The notes: generated from the letters alone by a model not told the origin. DNA of 64,000 nucleotides from Opitutales bacterium (GCA_040398005.1 JBBAUX010000002.1:64001-128000); one strand, 5' to 3'; positions 29,410-41,255 are shown, counted from the stretch's first letter. Translations and numbers: made by a program.

Positions 29410-30006
29410 GTGCACCGCTCATTTTTAAACTTCCTCAGCTTAGTAATATTTTCTTCGGTTGCCATCGCGGAGACTCCGAAGGCAAAATCTGATTTTGTTC
29501 TAAAGAGTTCGGTGATGATGGAGGGTGGAAGTATGCCCAAGGAATTTACGGGAGATGGTGCGGGTATTAGTCCGCCGCTGGAGTGGAAGGGCGCACCCGC
29601 AGGTACAAAATCTTTTGTCGTGATCATGCATCATTTCCCGCATGAAGGCGACCCGGCCCGCTGGTATTGGATTTTATATAATATTCCAAATACCATAACT
29701 TCCCTCGTAAAAGCGACCAAGGGTGTCGGCGTGAATGGCTCTAATTGCGTAGGTCCCGATTTAGCTTACGCACCGCCGCACTCTAAGGGACCAGGCATTA
29801 AAAAATACACGATCAGCATTTATGCTTTGTCTGCTCAGCCGAAATTAACGGTAACCGGTAAACAGTTGAATCGTGAGGCGATGCTGGCTGCTATTAAAGA
29901 TATTACACTGGGTCAGGCAGAGCTTAATTTTACGTATGATCGGACTGACGTGGTCTCGGCCGAAAAGGGTAGTGATGCGAGTTCGTCCAAAGGAAGTCGT
30001 CGTTAA
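29410..30006 (+). CDS. YbhB/YbcL family PEBP protein, probably exported
   Basis: DG.GISPPLEW..AP.GTKSF, WILYNIP, YAPP, YALS; signal-like N-terminus from GTG 29410. Confidence 0.8.
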   Translation: MHRSFLNFLSLVIFSSVAIAETPKAKSDFVLKSSVMMEGGSMPKEFTGDGAGISPPLEWKGAPAGTKSFVVIMHHFPHEGDPARWYWILYNIPNTITSLVKATKGVGVNGSNCVGPDLAYAPPHSKGPGIKKYTISIYALSAQPKLTVTGKQLNREAMLAAIKDITLGQAELNFTYDRTDVVSAEKGSDASSSKGSRR

Positions 30007-30098
30007 AAGGGCGCTTAACCCCCATCGGGGTAACTTTTTCGAGTTTTTTTGTGACTTCCCCGTTGCCCTTGGGTGGGTAAATTAAACAAAGTCTAACC

Positions 30099-31367
30099 AT
30101 GTTAGACCCTAAGTTATTTCGTGAGCAAATCGACACTGTCCGTAAGGGCATTGCTCGTAAAAAATTTCAAGTGGATCTCGAGGCTGTCTTAGCGGCCGAC
30201 GAAGTTCGCCGTCACGCCGTTGCTGAATTTGAAAACGCCCGTGCTTTACAAAACGCAGCGAATAAAGAGATGGCCACGATGCCCAAGGGTTCGCCTGAAT
30301 TTCAAGTAAAGTTGGCGGAGATGAAAGAGGCTTCGGCTCGCGTTAAGGAATTAGAAAAGAAAGTCAGCGAAGCGGAAGAAGTTTGGAAACAGGTCAGCTT
30401 AACGGTTCCCAATATTCCCCATGACTCGGTGCCCGAAGGTCGCACCGAAAATGAAAATAAAGTTCACTCAACCTGGGGTGACGTAGAGCAGTTAATTTCC
30501 CCAGCCGCCAAGCCCCACTGGGATATCGCTTGGTTTTCCAAAGCGATTGATTTTGAGCGCGGCGTCAAAGTCGCCGGGGCGGGTTTCCCTTTTTATATTG
30601 GTGATATGGCACGTTTAGTGCGTGCGCTGATTCAATTCTTTTTAGAAGAAGCCAATGCCGCCGGATACACCGAAGTGCACGCTCCCTTATTGGTGAATGC
30701 GGCGAGTGCGACGGCGACCGGTCAGTTGCCTGATAAAGAAGGACAAATGTATCACGCCCAAACGGATGATTTTTATTTAATTCCGACCGCCGAAGTTCCT
30801 GTGACGAATTTTTTCCGTGACGAGATTTTAGACGAAGCCTCGTTGCCCGTAAAACGGGTCGGTTACACGCCTTGTTTCCGTCGTGAAGCGGGTAGTTGGG
30901 GTGCTCACGTGCGTGGCCTGAATCGCCTGCATCAATTCGATAAAGTGGAATTGGTTAAATGGACGCATCCCAGTGAGTCGTTTAATGAGTTAGAAAAATT
31001 ACGCGGGGACGCTGAGCGCATTTTACAGAAACTGAATTTACCTTATCGCGTGTTATTGATTTGTGCCGGGGATATTGGTTTCTCGCATAGCAAACAATAC
31101 GATCTCGAAGTTTGGGCGGGCGGTCAGAAGCGCTGGTTAGAAGTTTCCAGCTGTTCTAACTTCACTGATTTCCAAGCACGTCGTGCCGGTATTCGCTATC
31201 GTCCCAAAGATGGAAAAGTAGAATACGCTCACACCTTAAACGGTTCAGCTCTGGGCCTACCTCGCGTATTAGCGGCGATTCTCGAAAATAATTTACAGCC
31301 CGATGGGAGTGTCGTTGTTCCGGAAGCCCTGCGTCGATGGTACGGCAAGGAAACTATCAAATTCTAA
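30099..31367 (+). CDS. serS: Serine--tRNA ligase
   Basis: LIPTAEVP, CFRREAG, RLHQFDKVE, EVSSCSNFTDFQARR, HTLNGS. Confidence 0.97.
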   Translation: MLDPKLFREQIDTVRKGIARKKFQVDLEAVLAADEVRRHAVAEFENARALQNAANKEMATMPKGSPEFQVKLAEMKEASARVKELEKKVSEAEEVWKQVSLTVPNIPHDSVPEGRTENENKVHSTWGDVEQLISPAAKPHWDIAWFSKAIDFERGVKVAGAGFPFYIGDMARLVRALIQFFLEEANAAGYTEVHAPLLVNAASATATGQLPDKEGQMYHAQTDDFYLIPTAEVPVTNFFRDEILDEASLPVKRVGYTPCFRREAGSWGAHVRGLNRLHQFDKVELVKWTHPSESFNELEKLRGDAERILQKLNLPYRVLLICAGDIGFSHSKQYDLEVWAGGQKRWLEVSSCSNFTDFQARRAGIRYRPKDGKVEYAHTLNGSALGLPRVLAAILENNLQPDGSVVVPEALRRWYGKETIKF

Positions 31368-31368
31368 A

Positions 31369-32772
31369 GTGTTTTCAGCTCCTGCCTCATTGCAAAAAAT
31401 TAAAACCGCGGCGTCACAATTACCGGAATTGTCACTGCCTAGTTCGCTCTTAGGTAAAAAAGTTGCGGTGGCAGTCTCGGGTGGTGCCGACTCGATTTAT
31501 TTATTGTGTGCACTCTCGGTGAATCCTGCGATTCGCCCAAATTTATTGGTCTTACACTTTGATCACGCGGCACGTGGCATTGAGTCTACCCATGATGCCT
31601 TATTCGTGAAGGAGGTTTGTCAGTCTTTGGGCGTTCCCTGTTATCTCGGTCGCCGAACGGAGGAAGGTCCGGCCTCCGAAGCGACATTGCGTGAAGCCCG
31701 AAATGCTTTTTTTGCCGAACAGCGAAAACTTCACGACTTTAATATTATTTGTACGGCGCATCATCTCGATGACGTTGCTGAAACGTTATTAATGAGACTG
31801 GCTCGTGGGGCCGGATTAACAGGTCTTTCGGCACCCCGCGTTTTGCAGAATTTTCGTGATGGGCATTTGCGATACCGTCCTTTGATTGCCGCCCGCTTGG
31901 GTAAAAAAGATATTTTAGAAGGTCTGCAACGCGTAGATATTCCCTGGCGTGAGGATGCCACCAACCAACTGCCTATCGTTAAGCGGAATCGGATTCGTCG
32001 TTGGTTAAATAAAAACGCCGAAGAAGCTTTAGGACCTGATTACACGAAGGGCTTTGCTCAATCGGCCGACATTATTGAACAGGCGCGTACGGCCCTATTA
32101 ACTTGGGCGAAGGATCTAGGCTGCGTAAAAAACTCTGACGGAGTTTTGGATGTGACTGCTCTGAAAAATCGACCGGTGGCATTGGCTTATGTCGTGATTC
32201 ATGAATTTCTCCAGGAGTGTGGATTGGGTGCCGTGCAAGGCGCCACCTTAGAACTTTTAGTAAGACATTTATGCGCGGGCACCGATGTGCAGATGTCGGT
32301 GCTTTCAAAATTAGTTAAAATTAAAAACGGAAAATGTTTTTTAACGCCGGAAGCCTTGGCTCCCCTGGGAACGCAATTGCGAAGTCTGACCTTAGGCGTG
32401 CTCGATGGCGAAACCGGTTTGTTGGCAGAAGTCGTGACTGTTGACGAAAACCTCTGGGCAAAATTGTCACGGGGAGACATTCCGCCCACCAAAGAAGTCT
32501 ACTTGTCATCCGCGGCGGTCGGTCTCATTTTCTGGAGGGGGAGAATGGAAGGGGACCGCTATCAGCCTCTTGGCTCGAGTGGCACGGCCAAGGTCTCCGA
32601 TCTTTTAATTAACCGAAAAGTACCGTCAGAGTTGCGCGAAAACCTTCCCGTTGTTCTTTTAAATCAAGAAATTATCTGGGTTCCTTCTAATCCGCCTGCG
32701 GAATTATACAGGTTAAGTGGACCCGTTAAAGGGGCTCTCCGATTGACTTGGCTTAACCCCTGCTTAATCTGA
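31369..32772 (+). CDS. tilS: tRNA(Ile)-lysidine synthetase
   Basis: AVSGGADS PP-loop, AHHLDD.AETLLMRL.RG, RPL, RNRIR; directly upstream of ftsH; start approximate. Confidence 0.9.
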   Translation: MFSAPASLQKIKTAASQLPELSLPSSLLGKKVAVAVSGGADSIYLLCALSVNPAIRPNLLVLHFDHAARGIESTHDALFVKEVCQSLGVPCYLGRRTEEGPASEATLREARNAFFAEQRKLHDFNIICTAHHLDDVAETLLMRLARGAGLTGLSAPRVLQNFRDGHLRYRPLIAARLGKKDILEGLQRVDIPWREDATNQLPIVKRNRIRRWLNKNAEEALGPDYTKGFAQSADIIEQARTALLTWAKDLGCVKNSDGVLDVTALKNRPVALAYVVIHEFLQECGLGAVQGATLELLVRHLCAGTDVQMSVLSKLVKIKNGKCFLTPEALAPLGTQLRSLTLGVLDGETGLLAEVVTVDENLWAKLSRGDIPPTKEVYLSSAAVGLIFWRGRMEGDRYQPLGSSGTAKVSDLLINRKVPSELRENLPVVLLNQEIIWVPSNPPAELYRLSGPVKGALRLTWLNPCLI

Positions 32773-32782
32773 ATCTCCCCCG

Positions 32783-34753
32783 ATGAGCCAAGATAACAAC
32801 GAGGATAACAATCGAGTTAAAGCTAAGCCTTTAATCGTATGGATCATATTAATTGGTCTAGTTGCACTGCTAGTTAACTACAGTGCACCACCCGCCAATA
32901 GCGTTCAGAAGTTGAGCGTGACCGAAGTCCTCTCTCTCGCCCAAGAGAAGAAGGTGAAAAATCTTTCTATCAAATCCGACTCCACCGCTGGCTCCAACAG
33001 CTGGTATGAAGTGACCGGAGAGTTGGATGTTAAGGGTGCCTCGGCTGACGATAAGACAAAATTCCTGGCGAAGGGTCGCTTAACCGAAAAAGAATTCGAA
33101 GGTCTGCGCGGTGCGGTAGCCAAAGACGCCTTTAAAGAAGTTCCCGAACAGACGGGCTTAACGATGTTCCTTTATAACGTTCTGCCCACCTTACTGATTT
33201 CGGGCTTGGTCTTGTATATGATGTTTCGCTTTTTACGTAATGCGAACAAAGGCGCAATGCAATTTGCCAAATCCCGCGCTCGTTTAAATGCGAACGAAAA
33301 TGAAGGCACGACATTTAAAGATGTGGCCGGATGTGATGAAGCGAAAGAAGAAGTGAAAGAGATTGTCGATTTTCTCCGTGATCCCAAACGCTTCACCAAA
33401 ATGGGTGCGTCTATTCCGAAAGGAATTTTAATGGTGGGACCTCCCGGAACAGGTAAGACCCTTCTCGCTCGTGCCGTTGCCGGAGAAGCGAAAGTTCCTT
33501 TCTTAAGTATCAGCGGTTCCGACTTCGTTGAAATGTTTGTCGGCGTGGGTGCAGCTCGAGTTCGTGACACTTTTGAACAAGCCCGTAAGCTCGCTCCTTG
33601 TATTGTATTTATTGATGAAATTGATGCAGTCGGTCGTCAACGTGGCGCCGGTGTTGGTGGTGGAAATGATGAGCGCGAACAAACGCTCAACTCCTTGCTC
33701 GTGGAGATGGATGGTTTTGATGGTCAGGCTGGCGTCATTGTTATCGGTGCCACTAATCGTGCTGATGTTCTCGACCAAGCTCTCTTACGTCCGGGTCGCT
33801 TCGATCGCCAAGTCTTTGTTGATTTACCAGACTTGCGAGGCCGTGAAGCCGTTCTCGCCGTTCACGCTAAACGTTTCCAATTAGCTCCCTCGGTTGATCT
33901 AAATCGTATCGCTCGCATTACCACCGGAATGTCGGGTGCTGATTTAGCGAATTTATTAAACGAAGGTGCTCTGCATGCTGGTCGTCGTAATCGCGATAAG
34001 GTTGAGATGTCTGACATCGAAGAAGCCCGTGATAAAATTGCCTATGGTCGTGAGCGTCGTCGCGCGATGGATGAAGAAGATCGTCGCAGCACGGCGTACC
34101 ACGAAGCGGGTCACGCAATCGTGCAAGCGGTCGTTGATGATGGCATGATGCCTATTCACAAAGTAACGATTCTTCCTCGTGGTCGTGCCCTGGGTATGGC
34201 CATGTTCCTACCGAAGAAAGACATTCTCGGATATTCTAAGGCCCGTTTACTGACTTATATTTGTACGGCGATGGCTGGTCGCGTGGGAGAAAAAGTAGTC
34301 ACTGGCGATGTATCCAATGGTGCTTCCTCGGATATCAAACAAGCCACCCGCATGGCCCGTCAAATGGTCTGCGATTGGGGTATGAGCGAGCTTGGTCCTA
34401 TTTCTTATAACGAAAATTCTGATACCGTTTTCTTAGGTCGCGAAATTTCACGTACCCAATCACACAGCGATGAAACCGCTCGTCGCATCGACGATGCTGT
34501 TGCTAAAATTGTGAGCGAGCAATATGCCCGCGCCGAAAAAATCATTGCCGAGCACGCGGATGCCCATCGCAAGATTGCCGAAGCTTTACTCGAGCATGAG
34601 ACTTTAGACGGCGTTCATGTGATGGAAATTCTCCAGACGGGTTCGATGCAGACCCCGATTGTGGGATCACCTGTGCCTAACTTAGTTCGCGAGCCGAGCC
34701 CTGATGGTCCCCCACCAGAGCCAGGCTCACAAGCCACGCCGACCCCTGCTTGA
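32783..34753 (+). CDS. ftsH: ATP-dependent zinc metalloprotease FtsH
   Basis: Two TM helices, [31 protein letters not shown]. Confidence 0.98.
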   Translation: MSQDNNEDNNRVKAKPLIVWIILIGLVALLVNYSAPPANSVQKLSVTEVLSLAQEKKVKNLSIKSDSTAGSNSWYEVTGELDVKGASADDKTKFLAKGRLTEKEFEGLRGAVAKDAFKEVPEQTGLTMFLYNVLPTLLISGLVLYMMFRFLRNANKGAMQFAKSRARLNANENEGTTFKDVAGCDEAKEEVKEIVDFLRDPKRFTKMGASIPKGILMVGPPGTGKTLLARAVAGEAKVPFLSISGSDFVEMFVGVGAARVRDTFEQARKLAPCIVFIDEIDAVGRQRGAGVGGGNDEREQTLNSLLVEMDGFDGQAGVIVIGATNRADVLDQALLRPGRFDRQVFVDLPDLRGREAVLAVHAKRFQLAPSVDLNRIARITTGMSGADLANLLNEGALHAGRRNRDKVEMSDIEEARDKIAYGRERRRAMDEEDRRSTAYHEAGHAIVQAVVDDGMMPIHKVTILPRGRALGMAMFLPKKDILGYSKARLLTYICTAMAGRVGEKVVTGDVSNGASSDIKQATRMARQMVCDWGMSELGPISYNENSDTVFLGREISRTQSHSDETARRIDDAVAKIVSEQYARAEKIIAEHADAHRKIAEALLEHETLDGVHVMEILQTGSMQTPIVGSPVPNLVREPSPDGPPPEPGSQATPTPA

Positions 34754-34791
34754 GGTTTGCCCTCGAAGGTTTTAAGGCTTAGAACTCTGCT

Positions 34792-35364
34792 ATGGTCATC
34801 GGACTCACTGGCGGTATCGGTTGTGGAAAATCCACGGCCGCCGGCTTTTTTAAGTCCCATGGTTTTGTCGTGATTGATTCCGATGTCTTAGCGCACCAAG
34901 CGCTCAACGAATCCCAAACACTCGCCCAATTGAAATCGCGCTGGGGTTCGGCCTGTATTCAGAATGATGGTACAGCCGATCGAGAGTGGATTGGTAAAAA
35001 AGTATTTTTTGATCCGACGGAGAAAATCTTTTTGGAATCCATCATCCACCCGCGCATTGCCGCCCTGCGGCAAGAGGCGATGGCCGATTCATCCAAGTCT
35101 TACATTCTAGAAATCCCTCTTTTATTCGAGTTGGGCCTCACTCAGGGGTTGGTCGCTACGGTATGCGTCGCGTCTTCGGATGAAGTCCGATTGCATCGCA
35201 TGGAATCCCGGGGGTTAAGTCGAGCTGAGGCCCAGAAGCGTATAAATTCGCAAATGCCTATCAGTGAGAAGGTTAAGAAATCAAATTTCGTGATTTGGAA
35301 TGATGGCAGCTTAGACTTTCTGAAAGTCGAAGTGGATAAATGTGTGCAGATATTAAAAGGCTAA
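34792..35364 (+). CDS. coaE: Dephospho-CoA kinase
   Basis: GLTGGIGCGKS, IIHP, EIPLLFE, RINSQM. Confidence 0.94.
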   Translation: MVIGLTGGIGCGKSTAAGFFKSHGFVVIDSDVLAHQALNESQTLAQLKSRWGSACIQNDGTADREWIGKKVFFDPTEKIFLESIIHPRIAALRQEAMADSSKSYILEIPLLFELGLTQGLVATVCVASSDEVRLHRMESRGLSRAEAQKRINSQMPISEKVKKSNFVIWNDGSLDFLKVEVDKCVQILKG

Positions 35365-35496
35365 GAATTGGCTGATTTCTGGATAGTTTGCGATTGCCGA
35401 GAGGGTGGGTAGATTTACTTTTCGATTTCCCCTATTTCTTCTTACCGAGAACTAGGTTCAATACCCCCCCCAACCCCATTTAGGAATCCCTACCCT

Positions 35497-37212
35497 GTGA
35501 CGACCGCCGACGATTTCGTCATTCAATTCATACAAGACAAGGGACTGGTGTCCTCTGCTCTAGTATCCGAGGCCCGCGAGGCGCTTGGTGCTATCCCCGA
35601 TGGCCAGAATCCCGATACCCTAGCGATCGCGAAATTAGTTGAGACCGGTAAGGTCACTTGGGCGGTTATCTGCAAAGCGCTGGGTAAGGAATTCGACATG
35701 GAAGTTGTCGACTTGGCCCAGGTTTCACCGGCGGAAGAATTACTCAAACTGATTAGTCGCGAGCAGGCTGAGCGTCATAATATTTTACCACTGCAAATGG
35801 ATGGCGTTGAGCTGCTCGTTGCGATTTCGGATCCGCTCGATACCGAAACGCTCGATTCACTTTCGCGTGTCTTAAAACTTACTTTAAATCCAAAACTCGC
35901 ACCGCCTGATGAACTGAAGGCCGCAATCAATCGCTGTTACAGTGGGGGCGCGGTGAATGTATCGTACGAGGATGTTTTTGGTAAGAGTGAAGATGGTATG
36001 TCGGTCGATCTTCCTCAAGGGGGCGAAATTAAAGAAGACGACGCTCCCATTATTCGCTATGTGAATTCCCTGATTGTGGATGCGATTCGTCGTAAGGCTT
36101 CAGATATTCACCTAGAACCTTTAGAAAAAAGATTCCGTGTTCGTTTCCGTATCGATGGTGTGCTCCAAGAAATGAAAGGCCCACCTAAGCGCTTACAAGC
36201 TTCCGTCATTTCCCGCCTTAAATTAATGGCCGAAGTGTCACTCGCGGAAAAACGTATTCCGCAAGACGGACGTATTCAGGCTCGGACGGGTGGACGCGAT
36301 ATCGACTTACGTGTATCCGTTTTACCAACCGTTTATGGCGAATCAATCGTCATGCGTATTCTCGATAAAGAAGGACTGAAATTAGGTCTTCCTGAATTGG
36401 GGTTCTTCGCGGATGACCAAGCTAAATTCCAAGGTTTAATTTCAGGTTCGGATGGTGTGTTCCTCGTGACGGGTCCAACCGGTTCTGGTAAATCGACCAC
36501 CCTTTATTCAGCGCTGAATTATATTAATAAGCCCGACCGTAAAATTATTACCGTTGAAGATCCTGTTGAGTATCAGATGGCTGGTATCAATCAGGTCCAA
36601 GTAAAACGTGATGTGGGAATGACTTTCGCCGCCGCGCTTCGTGCGATGTTACGTCAGGCACCAAACATTGTGATGATTGGTGAAATTCGAGATTTAGAAA
36701 CCGCTGAAATTTCGATTAACGCGGCGCTTACTGGTCACATGGTATTCTCAACCTTGCACACTAATGATTCCGTCAGTGCGGTGACTCGTCTCGTCGATAT
36801 CGGCGTGAAACCTTTCTTAGTTTCAGCCGCGCTACGTGGAGCTCTCGCTCAACGTCTCGTTCGTCGCGTTTGTCAGTCTTGCGCTCAACCTTATAAACCC
36901 ACGGCGAAAGAACTTTATACGATTGGTATGTCCGAACAGGATATTGCGGGTGCCACGCCGATGAAGGGTGCGGGCTGTCCAAAATGTAATGAACGCGGTT
37001 ACAAAGGCCGTCGTGGCGTCTTCGAACTTTTTGTCATCACTGAAGAAGTCCAAGAAATGATTTACGGAGGTGCCACACTCGTCGCACTCCGTCGCAAAGC
37101 GCGCGAAGCCGGCATGCGCACCATGCGTGAGGACGGCCAACGTAAGGTCGCTTCGGGTATGACCACCATCGAAGAAGTCATGGGCGCCACCGTCGCGGAC
37201 GACGTTATATAA
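35497..37212 (+). CDS. Type IV pilus/T2SS assembly ATPase (PilB/GspE family), copy 1
   Basis: [48 protein letters not shown], two CxxC motifs. Confidence 0.92.
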   Translation: MTTADDFVIQFIQDKGLVSSALVSEAREALGAIPDGQNPDTLAIAKLVETGKVTWAVICKALGKEFDMEVVDLAQVSPAEELLKLISREQAERHNILPLQMDGVELLVAISDPLDTETLDSLSRVLKLTLNPKLAPPDELKAAINRCYSGGAVNVSYEDVFGKSEDGMSVDLPQGGEIKEDDAPIIRYVNSLIVDAIRRKASDIHLEPLEKRFRVRFRIDGVLQEMKGPPKRLQASVISRLKLMAEVSLAEKRIPQDGRIQARTGGRDIDLRVSVLPTVYGESIVMRILDKEGLKLGLPELGFFADDQAKFQGLISGSDGVFLVTGPTGSGKSTTLYSALNYINKPDRKIITVEDPVEYQMAGINQVQVKRDVGMTFAAALRAMLRQAPNIVMIGEIRDLETAEISINAALTGHMVFSTLHTNDSVSAVTRLVDIGVKPFLVSAALRGALAQRLVRRVCQSCAQPYKPTAKELYTIGMSEQDIAGATPMKGAGCPKCNERGYKGRRGVFELFVITEEVQEMIYGGATLVALRRKAREAGMRTMREDGQRKVASGMTTIEEVMGATVADDVI

Positions 37213-37221
37213 TTAATAAAA

Positions 37222-38292
37222 ATGGCCTACGATCTCAACCAACTCCTGGAAGCCATGATTGAAAATGGGGCCTCCGATCTCCATTTGCACGTGGGTCGTG
37301 CGCCTTGTTTGCGCGTGAGTGGAAGTGTGATTTCAGTCGAAGGTGCGGCCTTAACCTCTGAAGATACTAAAAATATTGTTAACTCCATTATTCCTGCGGT
37401 GCATGTCGACCGACTGAAACAAGAGGGTGGTTGCGATTTCGGTATGTCTTTCCGAGGTAAAGCGCGGTTACGCGTTAATGTCCACCGTGCCAAAGGAGAG
37501 TTGGGAATAGTTCTCCGTTTAATTCCTGCAGATATTTACACGCTCGAAGACTTACGTCTACCGCCGATTGTAAAAGACTTACTGCGCCGTCCGCGTGGTT
37601 TGATTTTAGTAACCGGCCCGACGGGTTCCGGTAAATCTACCACACTCGCCTCGATGGTGAATTGGATTAACGACAATATCGATGGACACATTGTAACTAT
37701 CGAAGACCCGATTGAATATTTCCATACACACAAAGGTTGTGTAGTTACCCAGCGCGAAGTGCATAGTGACGTTCCCTCGTTTGCCGAAGGCGTACGGGCG
37801 TCTCTGCGTCAAGATCCTGATGTCATTCTTATCGGTGAAATGCGTGACTTAGAAACCATTGAAGCCGCCATCACCGCTGCGGAAACGGGTCACCTCGTTT
37901 TTGCGACACTCCATACCACGGGTGCCGCGCGGACGGTAGACCGTATCTTAGATGCGTTTCCTGCGGGTGCGCGTGATCAGATTCGCGTGCAGCTTTCTTC
38001 CTCAATCATTGCGATCATCTCACAGTGCTTACCGCGCACCGTGGATGATAAACGTGTGGCCGCTTACGAAATCATGGTTCGCACGGATGGTATTGCCGCG
38101 AAGATTCGTGAAAATAAAACTTTCCAAATTACCTCCGACATCGAAACGGGCGGCGGTCGCGGCATGCGCACGCTTGATGCTGATTTATTAGCGCTGTTTA
38201 ATCAGGGTAAAATCAGTGAAGACGAGGTGATGACTTATTGCCAAGACAGCGAAATGGTCCGTTCGCGTCTTAACCCTAAAACCAAAATTTAA
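37222..38292 (+). CDS. pilT: Type IV pilus retraction ATPase
   Basis: [51 protein letters not shown]. Confidence 0.88.
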   Translation: MAYDLNQLLEAMIENGASDLHLHVGRAPCLRVSGSVISVEGAALTSEDTKNIVNSIIPAVHVDRLKQEGGCDFGMSFRGKARLRVNVHRAKGELGIVLRLIPADIYTLEDLRLPPIVKDLLRRPRGLILVTGPTGSGKSTTLASMVNWINDNIDGHIVTIEDPIEYFHTHKGCVVTQREVHSDVPSFAEGVRASLRQDPDVILIGEMRDLETIEAAITAAETGHLVFATLHTTGAARTVDRILDAFPAGARDQIRVQLSSSIIAIISQCLPRTVDDKRVAAYEIMVRTDGIAAKIRENKTFQITSDIETGGGRGMRTLDADLLALFNQGKISEDEVMTYCQDSEMVRSRLNPKTKI

Positions 38293-38306
38293 ACTTACTA
38301 TTTACC

Positions 38307-39992
38307 ATGTTTGAAGACCACAGCGATATCATGCGCGACATTGCCATCGAGGGAAAACTCCTCGATCAAACGCAAGCAGATGAAATATGGGAGTCCCACG
38401 CGACCACCGGAAAGTCTTTCGCTGACAGCTTGGTCGACGCCAACCTCGCCGATCGTCCGTCTTTACTCCAAGCAATTGCGGATCACTTAGGCGTTCAATT
38501 TTATTCAGTTATTCCGACCACCGATCAGGATGATATCTCTAAAGTTCTCAAACCAGCCCAAGCCCACAAGTACGCGGTAGTTCCCGTGGCTGATGAAGCC
38601 GGTAAATTAACCTTCGTTGCGAAAGATCCTTTCAACTCAGCCATTGTCAATGAGCTGACCTTTATCCTGAAGCGCGAAAATATTGAGTTGGCCGTCGCTG
38701 ATCCCGATATGGTCGATGCAGCGGTCATCCGTGTTTATGGTGAGCCGTCTGCTTCATCGATGGATGACTTGTTGGGTGAGTTTGACCAAATTGATACAGC
38801 TGCAGTGGCCGATGATGATGTCGCCAGTGCCGCCAGCCAGGCTCCGATTATTCGTTTCGTTGATTTAGTTCTCCAGGAAGCAGTGAAAGCCAAAGCGTCC
38901 GATATTCACTTCGAACCTTTTGAAGACCAATTCCGTATTCGTTACCGTATCGACGGCTCGCTCTACGAGATGGCTCCACCGCCTAAGAATTTAGCCAATG
39001 CGGTGACGGCTCGGGTAAAAGTTTTATCGGCACTCAATATTGCCGAGCGAAGAATCCCCCAAGATGGACGGATTAAAACTACAATTAGCGGTCGCCAAAT
39101 CGATCTTCGTGTTTCGACTCTGCCCACCCAATTTGGTGAGTCGGTCGTGTTGCGTATTCTCGATAAGACGGTCGTCAATCTGAGCCTCGATGCGCTCTCG
39201 ATGCAGGAAGATATCAAAGAGGGCATTCGCGCGATGGTGAACAAGCCTAATGGTATTTTTATTGTTACTGGTCCTACCGGCTCCGGTAAAACCACCACAC
39301 TTTATTCTGCGTTGCGTGAAGTAAATACGGAGGATGTAAAAATTCTCACGGCGGAAGATCCCGTTGAATACGAAGTCGAAGGTATCATGCAGGTTCCGAT
39401 TAATCACCAAGTCGGCTTAACTTTCGCCGCCGCGCTTCGTTCGTTCCTTCGTCAAGATCCTGATACCATCATGGTGGGAGAAATTCGCGATATCGAGACC
39501 GCACAAATTGCCGTGCAAGCATCGCTCACCGGCCACGTGGTTTTATCCACACTCCACACCAATGACGCTCCAGGTGCGGTGACTCGACTGATCGATATGG
39601 GCCTCGAGCCATTCTTAATTTCTGCATCCATCGAAGGGATTTTAGCTCAGCGATTACTGCGTCGCATTTGCAAAACCTGTCGTACCGCTTACGAGCCAGA
39701 TAAAGAAGTCATCAGCATGCTCGACGTCGACGCTCTCGAAATCGCCAACAAGAAATTCTACTTCGGTAAAGGTTGTCCTGATTGTAATCGCTCGGGTTAT
39801 AAAGGCCGCCAAGGCCTCTTTGAATTAATGACCATTTCGGACTCGATTCGCACTCTCATCACTCAGCGCGCTCCGACCTTAGTACTGAAGCAAAAGGCTA
39901 TTGAAGTCGGTATGCGTCCCTTGCGCGATGACGGCTTACGCTGTATTTTCGATGGTTTAACTACTATTGAAGAAGTTCTGAAATACACCTAA
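38307..39992 (+). CDS. Type IV pilus/T2SS assembly ATPase (PilB/GspE family), copy 2
   Basis: [44 protein letters not shown], two CxxC motifs. Confidence 0.92.
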   Translation: MFEDHSDIMRDIAIEGKLLDQTQADEIWESHATTGKSFADSLVDANLADRPSLLQAIADHLGVQFYSVIPTTDQDDISKVLKPAQAHKYAVVPVADEAGKLTFVAKDPFNSAIVNELTFILKRENIELAVADPDMVDAAVIRVYGEPSASSMDDLLGEFDQIDTAAVADDDVASAASQAPIIRFVDLVLQEAVKAKASDIHFEPFEDQFRIRYRIDGSLYEMAPPPKNLANAVTARVKVLSALNIAERRIPQDGRIKTTISGRQIDLRVSTLPTQFGESVVLRILDKTVVNLSLDALSMQEDIKEGIRAMVNKPNGIFIVTGPTGSGKTTTLYSALREVNTEDVKILTAEDPVEYEVEGIMQVPINHQVGLTFAAALRSFLRQDPDTIMVGEIRDIETAQIAVQASLTGHVVLSTLHTNDAPGAVTRLIDMGLEPFLISASIEGILAQRLLRRICKTCRTAYEPDKEVISMLDVDALEIANKKFYFGKGCPDCNRSGYKGRQGLFELMTISDSIRTLITQRAPTLVLKQKAIEVGMRPLRDDGLRCIFDGLTTIEEVLKYT

Positions 39993-40013
39993 TCTTTCTA
40001 CCCAACCACTCCC

Positions 40014-41255
40014 ATGCCTGAATACAAGTATAACGCTATTGATCGTAATGGTGCGCAAACCACCGGTAAGATCGAAGCCCCGAACGACGAACAAGCTCGT
40101 CAGAAATTAATGGCTCGTGGCCTCATGGTCACTTCCTTGGTTGGTGATACGGGCGCGGCGAAGCCAGTGGTTGCCGCAGCTGCTGCCCCTAAAAAATCTT
40201 TTAGTTTCGGCTCTAAAGTTTCTGCGGAAGACGTCACCACGATGACCCGTCAGTTAGCGACGCTGATTGTGGCTGGCTTACCTTTATTGCGTGCGTTAGA
40301 ATTGATTCACAAACAAGAACGCAATCCTCACTTCAAAGAAGTCTTGGGTATGATTGCGGATAGCGTTTCCCAAGGTAATAATTTATCTGAGGCGCTTGCC
40401 GCTCACCCTAAAGTTTTTGACCGTCTCTTCATTAACATGGTGAAAGCAGGGGAGGCCGGTGGCGTGCTTGATAAAGTATTAGATCGTCTAGCAAAGTTCC
40501 GTGAAAAAGCACAACGCATTCAGAAGAAAGTTAAATCAGCGATGGTTTATCCAGGCGTGGTTGTTTCTGTGGCCGTGGTCATCGTCTATATTTTGATGGT
40601 TAAAGTCGTTCCCTCGTTCCAAAAACTTTTGAGTAGTCAGAAGTTGGCTTTACCGCCTTTAACCCAGTTGGTGGTCGGTATTTCTACCGCCTTGACTGAT
40701 TACTGGTATGTGACGCCGTTCGTTATCTTCGGTATCTACTACGGCATGAAACTTTGGCTATCGTCTACGAAAGGTAAGGAACTTTTCGACCGGATTATTT
40801 TCAAGTTACCCAAAATTGGTGGCTTCGTCCAAATTGTTTCTGTTTCGCGCTTCGCTCGTACCTTCGGAACTTTGATGGCTTCAGGCGTTCCCATTCTCCA
40901 AGCTATTAATATTACACGTGATACCTTAGACAACGTCGTCATCGCTAATTCCTTAGAGCGCGTGCATGATCGCGTGCGTGATGGTGAGCCGCTTTCTGTG
41001 CCTCTCGAACAAACCGGAGTGTTCCCTCAAATGGTTACTTCGATGATTCAAGTCGGCGAAGAAACTGGTCAGCTACCTGAGATGTTAAATCGCGTGGCCG
41101 ATATTTATGACGAAGAAGTGGACAACGCGGTGACCGCACTCACTTCGATTATTGAACCAGTACTCATCGTATTCCTCGCGGTCGTGGTTGGTGCCATCGT
41201 TCTTGCGATGTTCCTGCCGCTCATTGCGCTGATCACGAAGATGACGGGTGGATAA
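40014..41255 (+). CDS. pilC: Type IV pilus/T2SS inner-membrane platform protein (PilC/GspF)
   Basis: RQLATL..AGLPL, AGE.GG.L, AMVYP, GEETGQL, IIEP, MFLP. Confidence 0.9.
   Translation: MPEYKYNAIDRNGAQTTGKIEAPNDEQARQKLMARGLMVTSLVGDTGAAKPVVAAAAAPKKSFSFGSKVSAEDVTTMTRQLATLIVAGLPLLRALELIHKQERNPHFKEVLGMIADSVSQGNNLSEALAAHPKVFDRLFINMVKAGEAGGVLDKVLDRLAKFREKAQRIQKKVKSAMVYPGVVVSVAVVIVYILMVKVVPSFQKLLSSQKLALPPLTQLVVGISTALTDYWYVTPFVIFGIYYGMKLWLSSTKGKELFDRIIFKLPKIGGFVQIVSVSRFARTFGTLMASGVPILQAINITRDTLDNVVIANSLERVHDRVRDGEPLSVPLEQTGVFPQMVTSMIQVGEETGQLPEMLNRVADIYDEEVDNAVTALTSIIEPVLIVFLAVVVGAIVLAMFLPLIALITKMTGG

Noticed and set aside
35464..35471. C8 tract upstream of the pilus ATPase operon as a phase-variation switch
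   Set aside because: Short, apparently in the 5' UTR and not in a promoter spacer or CDS; C-rich leaders are common in this window
36622..39440. Identical 21-mer ACTTTCGCCGCCGCGCTTCGT at 36622 and 39420
   Set aside because: Encodes the conserved TFAAALR motif in the two PilB paralogs; not a mobile or CRISPR repeat
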